A DNA stretch of 63,222 nt, the filler included, from Bonamia ostreae (lineage: Eukaryota), in the NCBI GenBank assembly GCA_040357525.1. It is 26 parts of 26 records of this genome, joined end to end, with 100 filler letters (N's around TTAATTAATTAA, not from the genome) between each part and the next. Parts side by side here need not be neighbours in the genome. Positions count along the whole stretch, not along the records: positions 51,224 to 53,547 come from JBDODL010000905.1; positions 53,648 to 55,968 come from JBDODL010000906.1; positions 56,069 to 58,388 come from JBDODL010000907.1; positions 58,489 to 60,807 come from JBDODL010000908.1; positions 60,908 to 63,222 come from JBDODL010000909.1; 21 more parts are not named here. One strand, written 5' to 3'. Positions 52,354 to 63,222 of the stretch are shown here, piece by piece. Positions within the stretch are counted from its first letter, which is position 1; each line of letters begins with the position of its first letter. Made by a program: the position numbers and the translations under genes. Under the pieces are notes generated by a model. It was given only the letters and a program-made list of their open reading frames with translations. It was not told the origin of the DNA and made no database searches.

Positions 52354-53387
52354 ATGTCGGATTCGTTAAAAAAGGAGTTTACCTGTGACATGTGCAAAAA
52401 GCCCTCTACTTCTGCGAAGATTTGCCGTTGCAAAATGGCGATCTATTGCGATGAAGAATGCCAAGCGAAGCATTGGGACAAACATAAAAAAGAGTGCGAA
52501 AAATTCAGACATCTTTTCAACAAAAATTCAGACATCTCTTCCGATTCGTCCGATTTTGCAGATTTTGAAATACCGCGCGACACAAAAACTGATTTTGACG
52601 AATTGGACATTTTCGAATATTTTGAAAATTCGCAAATCGACGATTTTTGCGATTTCGAGACAGCGCAAACCCCGAAAATCTCCAACAACGAAAAAGATAT
52701 CGAAAAGCCGAAAACCCAAAAAAGTCCAGAAAACAACAATTTGTCTGTGATCGACGAATTCGAAGATTACGAAAAAAAATCAAATTTGGACGCCGAAAAC
52801 AGATTCGTTCTCAACTTAAGCGATTTCAACGAATACAATTTCACGGAAGGAATCAAGAAACTGCTCCTCAAATTCAAATTCGACGAAAGCAAGTTAATTC
52901 CGTTCCCAAAAATGCGCGACAGTTGGGAAATCAAAAATCTCGACGTCATGCCACCAGACGGGACGTTCATGTTATTTGAAAGGAGTTCGCTCAAGATCGA
53001 TAACTTTTTGTCTGTGACTTTTTACGCCGATTTTCTGCCTGCAAAATGTGCCGTGCGAGAAGCGCATTTCCAAACTTTGAGGGCCAAGAAAAGCGATCGG
53101 AGCGCGTACGAACATTTTTACAGACGAGAAGAAAAATTGAGAAGAAGAGAAAGAAAAATGAGCCGATTTTACAGCGAAGCGATATCGCAATTTTTGCGTA
53201 ACGGGATCAAAGTAATCAATTCGTTCAGATCGGACGTTAATGGCATCTACAGATTCGCTGGTCACAGCAACTCTCAAATCAAGAACAACTCTTGTTACCT
53301 CGTCAAAGCTCCTTCTGCCGAAATTCATCAAACGCTGCACAGCATCGGCAATTTTGACGAGATCGATGATTTGGTCAAATTGGTCAA
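52354..53387 (+). CDS. MYND zinc finger fused to a cellular (RNAi-type) RNA-dependent RNA polymerase, 3' truncated
   Basis: CDMC...CRCKMAIYCDEECQAKHWDKHKKEC, then in the same frame FLSVTF...LRNGI...YRFAGHSNSQIKNNSCYL...IGNFDEIDDLVKLVK and a GT donor at 53388. Confidence 0.8.
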
Positions 53388-53759
53388 GTTTTTGCGTTTT
53401 CGTAAAAAATTTGCTCTGTTACATATGTCGATTAGAAATGTTCACGTCATTTGTAATTTCGTTTATCAATGCAAAAAATCCGAACAAGCTAAATAATTTG
53501 AAATGGTTCTGAAACATTAGCAGCTTCCAATAAATCTTATCTAGAAANNNNNNNNNNNNNNNNNNNNNNNNNNNNNNNNNNNNNNNNNNNNTTAATTAAT
53601 TAANNNNNNNNNNNNNNNNNNNNNNNNNNNNNNNNNNNNNNNNNNNNGAATTTATATTAAATATTAATTATACAAAGTAATAAATGAAAAATATTAAAAA
53701 ACATTTATGAGAGATTCTATTATTATTAAATTCATTATAAAATTTGTATTAAAAGGCTT

Positions 53760-55968
53760 TTATTTATCATTTACAAAAATTTTCTTGTTGATTAAAATCG
53801 TTTTCTTATGTAATTCTATCTGTAACTTTTAAAACCATATAAATGTTCATATAGAGCTTCGTAGCCAAGAATATTTTTTTTGAGAAGCGATAATCCTTCT
53901 ACAAGTACATTCTTAAAATTATGTTAAAACTTGTTGATCATAAATGCATTGAATAAACATCTGTGTGTTGTTAACTTCTTCGGGATACAAATCTAAGTAT
54001 ATAGGCTTTTTAACGAAAAATTCGTCAATATATAGTTTAGTTCCCCCACTAACTGCTGCATCAATTATACCTAAATTTAATGAATAATAAACCCTGAAGA
54101 TTTAGAACCAATATTTTTAAATCCGATTTAATATCTGAACTTTTTATTACTTTAAACATTATATTCTTTATTTTTTTCGTTTTTGAATTTATAGCTTCAA
54201 TAGCTGCTGATATCGGAGAAACCATTTCTGTCCATTTCTTTATTATTTTTGATTTTCTATGAACACATGGACATTTGTGATTAGATTGTAAATATATTTT
54301 TTTTGTCCATAAAGTTTTTAATGATTTTTTTTCTCCTTTTTGACAAGGAACAGTATAATAAAATATGTCAATGTTATTATTTTGCTCATATTCTTTTTTG
54401 TTATTCGTTAAATCCAAATTGCTTTTTTTCTCCGGCAAAGTGAGTGTCGTTATATTTATATGTGTGGTGTTAAGGATATTCCAAATTTATAAATATAATA
54501 ATAAACTGATAATATAAGGATATATTTTTTTTCTGGGTTTTCCCCATCTTTAATTGTCCCAAATATTGAACCGGTATAATGACCTAATAACCTATTTATG
54601 AACGAATTTAATTGTTCCAAATGTCTTGATCGATATACCCACTCATTTAACTAAAATTTTAAACTTAATTACCTTCAATTCATCATCAAAATTTCCGGTA
54701 AAAACAACACGATAATAGTATGGATAAAATCTTGTTTCCGAATTTGACATGTTCACATAAAAGCCTGCTTTAATATTTAATATTTTAGCCACTTTTTCAA
54801 AATTATGAGCTTCGTTTAGATATAATTTTTCTAATTGCGAGCAAACATATACACATCTTTCCCCTATAAAAATTATTTAATGAACAATCTTTTGCGTTTG
54901 TAAAATACTGAATGCATTTTTTATAAAGCTTTGTTTTCTATTTATATTTTATATATTACTTTTTTGTTCAAATCATTTTTTATCGACATTTGGTCATCAA
55001 TCATTTTTATGTAGTTTAGCTGAGCAATTCCTGCTTCTGACCAATTATTATATTTCAAATGCAAAGATATAAAATTACTATAGTATGTGAAGTATACTTT
55101 TTTATCCAAATCTTTTTTATCCTCCAGTATTTTCTTTTTATTCATAAATGAAAACCAATAAATTTAAAAATGTTTCAATTTGTGAGTATTCGTTTCCTTC
55201 GTTATTTATATTTTCGGTGTTCTTAAGTTTATTAACATATCTTTTTATCTGAAAATATTTAAATTAACTAATTTTGTTCTTTTGATTAGATTTTTGGCTG
55301 CTAATTTAAATTCGCCATCATCTTCATTCCTAAGCTTTTCTTGCACTCTTAACGTTGTTTAATTAAACATTTCGATGATTCGACCAATGACATCATAATC
55401 ATTATAATTTGTTTGTATTTGCAAACAATTAAAAGTTTCATTTTCAATTTTAGTCATTTTTCCATACAAATTATCTTAAATTAAAATTTGAAACATTCTG
55501 ATTTCATAATTTTATAGTATAATTTCGATCCAAATTTTTCTGTAAACGAGTCCTCGAACTGTGTTGACAGAATTTTAGATAGAAAAAATTCCATAAAATC
55601 CAATATCTTGTCGTCCAACAATTCGAATACTAAAAATATGGATTCAACGAATTTAGTTTTATCCATATCAACACTACAAAATTATTATTTTAAACTTATT
55701 TTGAATGTATTCCATTTTGGTTTTGGATTCTGATTCTTCAAAGATCTGATCAGAAACCAGTAGAGTATATAATTCTAGATATTTTCTAACAGAATTTTGT
55801 ATGTACATAGGCTATAATTAATTAAAATTAAACTTTGATTAATTGTTTTAAAATTTCTATTGAATTAGTTAGAAGTTTAGAGAGACAATTTACTCTAACA
55901 ACCTTTATAGATATCCAGCTCTATCAATCAATTTAAAAACTTTATCAAAAATTTCTTTTTTGCAATTA
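53760..55968 (-). CDS. DOCK-family GEF, C-terminal part (DHR-2)
   Basis: RFYPYYYRVVFTG, EWVYR, SPISAAIEAI, LQG|IIDAAVSGGTKLY; about 10 introns of 19-22 nt plus one U12 intron. Confidence 0.92.
54462..54523 (-). other. U12-type AT-AC intron (62 nt)
   Basis: 5' ATATCCTT, branch site TCCTTAAC, 3' CAC; removal gives ...NPEKK-Y-INITTL. Confidence 0.9.
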
Positions 55969-56068
55969 NNNNNNNNNNNNNNNNNNNNNNNNNNNNNNNN
56001 NNNNNNNNNNNNTTAATTAATTAANNNNNNNNNNNNNNNNNNNNNNNNNNNNNNNNNNNNNNNNNNNN

Positions 56069-58252
56069 AGAAAAACTGACATTTAGATCGCAAAAAAGTT
56101 TATCTGCCAAAAGTTTTGCTTTTGTGAAGAAAATTGTCTCAAAACTGAAAGAAAAGCTATTAGTGCCACAAATAGACAATATTGTGATGTGTTGCCTAAA
56201 AACAGTCCAAACTTTTGAAAATGTTTTGGAACATTCCGACGCTTTCTCTATTTTGTCAAGTTGTGTTCGCCAAATCGAAATTTTGTTTTTGCTTGAAAAT
56301 AATAAACAAAAACCTTTTTTGTTGTCAATGTTGTTCTCTATTACTACTGCTATCAATCAATATGTTTTATGGATAATTTTTATTTTCGACTTAATTTTTC
56401 AAAATAATTTTTATTTTTTCGAATTAATTTTAATTTTTTCGACTTAAATTTTAATTTTTCAAAATAATTAAAATTTTTTCGACTTAATTTATATTTTTTC
56501 GAATTAATTTTTAATTTAAATAAAATTAAAGTTAGAAGCAATAAAAATCGTCACAACGACAGACAAGATAAAATTTTACGGGAAAGAAAAATTTACAGAA
56601 ATGACAATAAAATCTTTGTTACAAGAAAGTGATTTTAGTACTTCAAAGCTCGTTTCCAAAAATTCCGATTTTATTGCTTTCAGCCAAAACAACTCTTTAT
56701 TCCGTCCACTGAATTTCAAATATGACATTCGACGTCAATTTATTTGGTACCTTTCCACGTTGGAGAACTCTTTGAACATGATAATTCATTTCAATTCCGT
56801 CATTTTGCGTTCTCTGCTCAAAATGTCGTTGGATTCCGTTTATTTTTAAAATTTGCTTTTCCGCTCAATTTTTATTTTCGACTGAATATTAAAAAGAAAT
56901 CGGCATCGACGAAAAAAGAAAATTACAAATCGACGTCAAAAACAATTTTGACATATTTTGAGTTCTTCAGACGTTCTCTAGATTGTTTTACTGTTTGCAG
57001 AAAACTGAACAACGAAGACATTGAACTTGTTTTGAACGGAAAATTGCACAATTCGTTAACGTTGGGAAATTTGAATTTGTTCTGTGATATTTTTAAATCT
57101 CTTTCCAACGACAATTTTCGCTCTTTCTCGAATATTCACATGCCCTTTATTTTCAAAGCGGTTAATTTTTTTTTCGAATTTTCCAAATTTATTTTAGTAA
57201 ATTTTTATTTTTTCAAAAATTTTTTGTCCAAATTAATTTAACTTTTTCGTCCAAATTTTAATTTGAGATATTTTTGTTAAATTTTTTCACCGAAAATAAA
57301 AGGTCGTGGAAAGCACAGAACACGATTTTCTGATTAATATAATAAAACAATTTTTGGCGCACACGACCAGTTCCGCCTATTTCTGCGATTCTCTGCTCGG
57401 ATTCCTCAAATTCAAATTCCCGTCAATGTTTTATAAAACAAAATAAGTGGCAAAGAAAACGAGAAGACGACCAACACCTTTTTTTCCGCATTTGACTGCG
57501 TCCTCGACGCCCAAAAATTCAATACAGAGATCTTTCTGTGTCTGCAAAGATACCTCCCGTACATTCTCTCTGTCTGTTCAAAGAAGATCTATCTCGTTTT
57601 TATATTCCAATTTTTCAAAATTCAGGAGAACAATTCTTACATTTACATAAAAATCTTCAGTCGAATGCTCGAAAAAGTCGATTTCGATTTTTGCAAATTA
57701 CTGTTCAAAATGAACATTGTTTTGATGCCGGGCTATATCAGGACTTTGGGCGAAATACAAAAATTTTCTGACCACAGAACGAAAATGGCTGCGCTGGAAT
57801 TGAGTTTGAGGATTCCGTACAAATTCAGCTGCAACCAACATTTTGTCCTGCGATTCATCGAGACGATAATCGAAGCATTTCAAACCAAAAACGATCTCTT
57901 GATAAAATTGTCTCTAGACGCGTTAGAAGCCAAAGATGCGAAGAGCAATATTGAAATTTTGTTGGATTATATGGAAGTCAATCAAAAACACGGTCTTGCG
58001 GGGATTTTTATGAGAGAGATTTGTTCTTCGATACGTTCTAAAAATATGGCGATTTGCAAGAGAATGATCAGAATTCTAGGAAAAATTGGCGGAAAAAATC
58101 GAAAATTTTTGGACGGTTTTTTGAATCTCGAAGGAGAAGAAAATTTGTTCGTTACGAACGGATGGGTTTCCGCCGTTACGACAACTTCCACAATTTCGAA
58201 CAGCATCAAATTTTCGACCGATCAAATTTATTTAATGGCGTGCGGTTTTTGA
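56069..58252 (+). CDS. TRRAP: TRRAP/Tra1, internal HEAT fragment
   Basis: ELSLRIP...LSLDALE...RILGKIGGKNRKFL. Confidence 0.8.
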
Positions 58253-58553
58253 TCAGTTTTAAGACAATTTATTTTGTTTTCTTAACAACTTTTGGCACTT
58301 TTTTAATTGAATGCGACATAAAATTGCGATTTTGTTATTGAACACGAAATTGCAAAATTGTAAAAATTGTAATTGCAAAATTGCGATTNNNNNNNNNNNN
58401 NNNNNNNNNNNNNNNNNNNNNNNNNNNNNNNNTTAATTAATTAANNNNNNNNNNNNNNNNNNNNNNNNNNNNNNNNNNNNNNNNNNNNAAAAAATTAAAA
58501 TAACAAAAATTGAATTAGAAAATTTTTCTTTTTGAATATTTGCCACTAAAAAC

Positions 58554-59235
58554 TTTATTATTTCTATCAAAATACTTAGCCACCTTTCTGATCGATTGAA
58601 TCGACGTACATATAAAATATCCAGTGATATAAACAAAATCTGCATTTTTATAAAGATCTAAAATTCCTTTGTTATCGAGATGTTCTTCTTTGAAACTGTT
58701 GCCAGCTCCAAGCAATGTCACCAATGTCCTTTCTTTTTGGTATATAGATACGCCGCAGACACCAGTAGGTTTGTCTGGATCTACGACACATTCTACTCTC
58801 ACACCATCTTTTTCAGAATAGCTTTGAAAAATTGAGCCGGTTTCGTCTTTTCCTTTGCAGCCGATGTAACCAGTACATTTCGGATGGGAACTTTTGAGGA
58901 TCCATTGACAAACTCTGATTGTGTTTAAAGCCGCCCCTCCGGGAAACATTTTTACTGTTTTTTGTGTTTTTAGTTCTTCGTAGCTGCAATTTGGAAATTA
59001 AATTTTACAAATGAAAAATTAAATTTTGAAATTCAAATTTTGAATATTTTAATGTTAAAATATTTGCGTTCGTTGAGATTGCAAACATTGGCAAATGTCT
59101 TTTTTCAGCAAGTTGAACAGAACCCGGCTTCAAACCATATTTTTCGAGGAATTGTTTTGGAACTGGGGCGATAATGTCAACAATTGGTTGACCAATTCCA
59201 ACGATCGAAACATGATTTTTGCGCATAACGGCCAT
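58554..59235 (-). CDS. ADK: Adenosine kinase, 3' truncated
   Basis: GIGQPIVDI, FLEKYGL, PGGAALNTIRVCQW, PTGVC, RTLVTLLGA, YITGYF; intron 58984-59086. Confidence 0.93.
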
Positions 59236-59389
59236 TTTATCTCAAAATATTTGTTATTTTTAAAGTTTGAAATTAACGTTTTTTTTTGAGCCGAAAACAA
59301 ATTAATGTTTTAAAAATTTTTGAAAAACAAATTCTAAGAAACAAATAAAATAATATTAAAATCTTGAAACAAATAAAATAATATTAAAA

Positions 59390-60384
59390 ATGTCGTCACG
59401 AGAAAATTCAAAAAGCATCTTAGATTCATTTCAGACTGAAGACAGTGATGAATTTCCATTGTTGCCATCTTCAGATAAAAATACCAAAACAGTAAAATCG
59501 GAACAAAAATTTGAAAACTTGGACGATGAAATGCTAGAAAAGCAACAAAAAATTGCAAATAATCCAAAATCGGAAAAAATAGAGGACGACGTGAAAATTG
59601 AACGACCGAATGATAAACAAGAAAAAAATTTAGGAACTGCAACAAATTTAGTTTTAACGGAAACTTTGACCCATTTGATTTTAGAAGAACGCGAATCTCG
59701 ATTGACGATACCAATTACAAGTATTTTATTATGCAATCCAGAAGAAAGAGATTATGTTCAACAAAGCAAAAAAATGCAGACATTTTATGGTTTCCTAATC
59801 AAAAATTATTTAAAAATTAAGTAACAGAAAAAAAGTCAAAACACGCATTGACAGCATCAAAATCGAAACAGCCATATTTAGAAAAAGAAGTAAAGGGATA
59901 TCCGTTCTTAAAATTGATTTCAAATAATTCTGTTTTCGACAAAATCGTTTTAGACGGCATTTTAAAGAACTTGTGGGAGCACCTTTTCTACATTTTTGGA
60001 ACAAAGAACAAAATAAAGATCATTAACGTAAATCTTTTCGAAAACGCTGTTCTTGTGATTTACAAAAAATTGGGTTTAAAAATAGTTTTTCTTGATTGCG
60101 AAATAGTCGACACAGAAAAAACTGATTATAAAAGTATGTTGAGACTATTTTTTATTTTATTGACGATGATCGAAGATTGCAACTATGATTTTGCTTATTT
60201 GAAGCAAAACGTTTTTGCTTATTTGATGAAAGAAGCGGAAGTCGGTTATGAAGATTTAATCGATTTGACGCAAAATTTTCGTTGTCAAACATCTTTTGAG
60301 CGAAACTCGCACAGTTTTGTGGCGCTGACAAATCCTTATCATTATTTCTATCTTTTGCTCAACTTTTATTTGTTCTTCTATTAA
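59390..60384 (+). CDS. Hypothetical protein
   Basis: Two ORFs joined in frame by a GT-AG intron near 59790-59827; 3' end uncertain. Confidence 0.55.
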
Positions 60385-60563
60385 ATGTGTTGTCCGTTTT
60401 CTTTTGACGATCGAATAAGTAGAAAAATATTTTTAAAAACAATTAATTTTTTTTGACGATCAAATTTCCGATTTTTAATTTGGATTATTTTGAAGCGTAA
60501 ATTATTAATCAAAAAAAATTGTTTTTGTCATTTATAAGCCCAACTCCTTCATTCCCAAAAAAT

Positions 60564-60807
60564 TCAGAGAGCAATTTCAAATTTGTCTTCAATGGCACTA
60601 TCGCAGATGGGACAAGATTTTATCGGAACAGCACATTCTTTACAACAACTTACATGTTTGCAAGGCAGAAAAACTACACTTTTCTTTTCTTCTCGGCAAA
60701 TCAAACATTCATTTTCCATTTTTTCGCCATTTTGGCTTTTTTTTCGTTCTTCGTTATTTTGACCATTTTTTCGTTCTTCGTTATTTTGAACATTTTTTCG
60801 TTCTTCG
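60564..60807 (-). CDS. C-terminal C3HC4 RING E3 ligase (IAP/MGRN-type RING), 5' truncated
   Basis: CLICREEKKSVVFLPCKHVSCCKECAVPIKSCPICDSAIEDKFEIAL*; absent from ORF track. Confidence 0.9.
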
Positions 60808-60907
60808 NNNNNNNNNNNNNNNNNNNNNNNNNNNNNNNNNNNNNNNNNNNNTTAATTAATTAANNNNNNNNNNNNNNNNNNNNNNNNNNNNNNNNNNNNN
60901 NNNNNNN

Positions 60908-63222
60908 TTATGTTTATCAAATCCTCTACTTTGCGATCTGCACATTAAAAATTTAAAAATTGTACTTGGCGGTTTAAATTTAGCCACAGATTAACCAAAA
61001 ATATTTAAGCTCTTTTCAAAACTTTTACAAAAAGGAACAAATTTTAAATCAGTGGAAGAAATGCCATTTAATATGAAAAGCGGGGAATTTTCAAAAAAAG
61101 TTCTAATCGTTAAACCTCTCCAAAACAAAAATTTTGATGTCGACAAAATTTCGTTCGAGTTTTTAGACAATAGCAAATTAAAAAAAAAACTGAGATAACC
61201 AAAAATAATTCAAAAAAATTTAAAATTTGCAAAAATTTAACATTAAAAAAATGTCCAAAAACAATTTAATAAAATTTAAAATTTGCAAAAATTTAACATT
61301 AAAAAATGTCCAAAAAAAATTTAATTAAATTTAAGAAACAAAAAATTTAAAATTTGCAAAAAATCAAAATGTATTAGAATGTTTGGATTGAAGGGATACC
61401 ACTCAATAAGCGACCAAAAACCAACAAAAATAAAATTAAAGCAATCGTTTCAATTCAAAACAGACCAAATCGAAAACGTAAAAAACTTTTTTGGCTACAA
61501 AAAAGAAATTAACGTTAATTTGAAGAAGAACGAATCACAATATTTTGATAAAATGATCATTTCCGAAAAAAATCTTAAAGACGATAATAGAATTAGCAAC
61601 AAAAATGAATATTTGAAAGTCGTCGAAGTTATTTTGCTTTTCATTGATATTTTTCAATTTTTATTTTTTTATGTTAATTAAAAAATATTTTTTAATTAAC
61701 ATTTTTGCAAATTTAAAAATTAAGAAAATTCCGATGAAAATTCCAAAAATAACGTCGATTCCAAATATTCAATTCGAATATAAAAATCACTTTTTTCACA
61801 TTAACGAAGTTTCAACATCAAATATTTAGTCAAAAATGGCATCATTGTTGAAAGGGATTAAAGCAACATTGCGGATAGTTTTGGAAAACGTGGCGGAAAA
61901 AGATATTGGTTACTTAAAAGTTCAACTATTTCCGTCCGAAAAAACAAAGTTTCTATTTTACAAAATTTATTTTTGCTTTATCGAAAAATTGCAAAGAAAA
62001 TTTTCAATGATTGCGGAAAAAGTCTTAATTATTAAAAATGGAGACCAAAAAATTACGAATGCCGATATTGATTTTCCAGTTTCTCTCAAAACGTTTTCGA
62101 TAACAGATTTAAATTTTTGTAAATTAGAATTGTCAAAATCGCAATTTTAATAGAATGTTTTACAAAATTTTTTATTCGAAAACTAACGGAGATCGTTACG
62201 GAAAAACCTTGAATGGCGGATTAAGTGTTCCAATTTTGACGTTGCCTGAATTAAAATCTGTTTTCTGCTTAAATCAAAATGGGCCAAATTTTAACATTGT
62301 TATTGATGTTTATAACAATAATAAAAAATCGTTTTATTTCGAATATGGAGGTAAAATTGATTAAAAACGAAATTACAATTAAAAAATTGTTTAAAAAATT
62401 GATTAAAAACGAAATTACAATTAAAAAAATAGTTTTAAAATTGATTAAAAACGAAATTACAATTAAAAAAAATAGTTTTAAAATTGATTAAAAACGAAAT
62501 TACAATTAAAAAAAATAGTTTTAAAATTGATTAAAAACGAAATTACAATTAAAAAAAAATAGTTTTAAAATTGATTAAAAACGAAATTACAATTAAAAAA
62601 TTGATTAAAATTGATTAAAAACGAAATTTTAAAAGAACAAAAATTGAAAATTGAAAAATTGAGTCGAAAAAAATATTGTTTTTCAATAGCAAAAAGATTT
62701 AAAACTGAATTGAATTTTAAAATCAAAGATCTTTTTCCGCAAATTTTTAAAAGTCGTTTTTTGCTTTCAGTTGATGACAAAATTGATTTTGAACAGTTTA
62801 TTATAAAAACAAAATTTAATCACAAAAATTGTTATAAAATGCTAAATTTTATGATAAAAGAGCGAAGCTAAATATTACAGAAAAAATAATAACAAAATTG
62901 ACGAACAAAATTGAAAAATTTGCTTTTAAAAAAACTTTAGACATAAAAATTCTAAAACTGAAATTTAACCAATCTTCAAAATATTTGGAGTTCGCAATTT
63001 CCAATCCTTCCAGTGTGACATTATTTAATGTCTACTTGGAATTTTATAATGATTCCCTCGATTTTCCGAAATGGTCAGAAATTGAACAAATCGAATCTAA
63101 AAAAACCAAAAAATTAAAATTTAGAAAAGCTTTTTTTGTGTCGACTGACAAAAAAATTTATTCAAACGCTATTTTTCGTAATGAACGTTTAATCAAATTT
63201 TATTTAAAGATGATGAGATTTT
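60908..63222 (+). CDS. Internal fragment of a beta-rich multi-exon protein, possibly TRAPPC9/Trs120-like
   Basis: Successive + strand exons; LRIVLENVAEKDI segment; family assignment weak. Confidence 0.4.
62357..62628. repeat. Intronic minisatellite (~42-45 bp unit)
   Basis: About 6 copies of ttgattaaaaacgaaattacaattaaaaaaatagttttaaaa. Confidence 0.95.

Noticed and set aside
2356-60907. Periodic TTAATTAATTAA motif every ~2.4 kb
   Set aside because: Synthetic six-frame-stop linker within N runs. Gene adjacency across spacers (e.g. RdRP next to DOCK) has no biological meaning.

Overview
This is not a contiguous locus. It is an artificial concatenation of 26 unlinked contigs of about 2.3 kb each, sorted by decreasing length and joined by 25 identical 100-nt spacers (N44-TTAATTAATTAA-N44). 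About 20 contigs come from a gene-dense, AT-rich unicellular eukaryote with many tiny spliceosomal introns (mostly 19-31 nt). Six contigs are gene-less, repeat-like DNA that looks like a different, animal (possibly bivalve host) genome. An ascetosporean-type parasite is a plausible but unproven source. Manual splicing recovers PTPA, TFIIA-L, a SelK-like protein, eL43, a RAP protein, Ars2, eIF6, RabGGTA, a cyclin, Prp17, SGT, DNAJC25, a PP2A-A-like protein, HSF, a P4-ATPase, SLC35A, CstF-50, CWF19L1, DOCK, TRRAP, adenosine kinase and others; several are missing from the ORF track. Most notable: a MYND zinc finger fused in frame to an RNAi-type RdRP, a consensus U12 AT-AC intron in DOCK, a required 20-nt GA-AG intron in eIF6, micro-introns with U-rich 5' and A-rich 3' halves, and an RMI1-like gene with in-frame stops. 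All family assignments are by-eye motif recognition; no searches were run.
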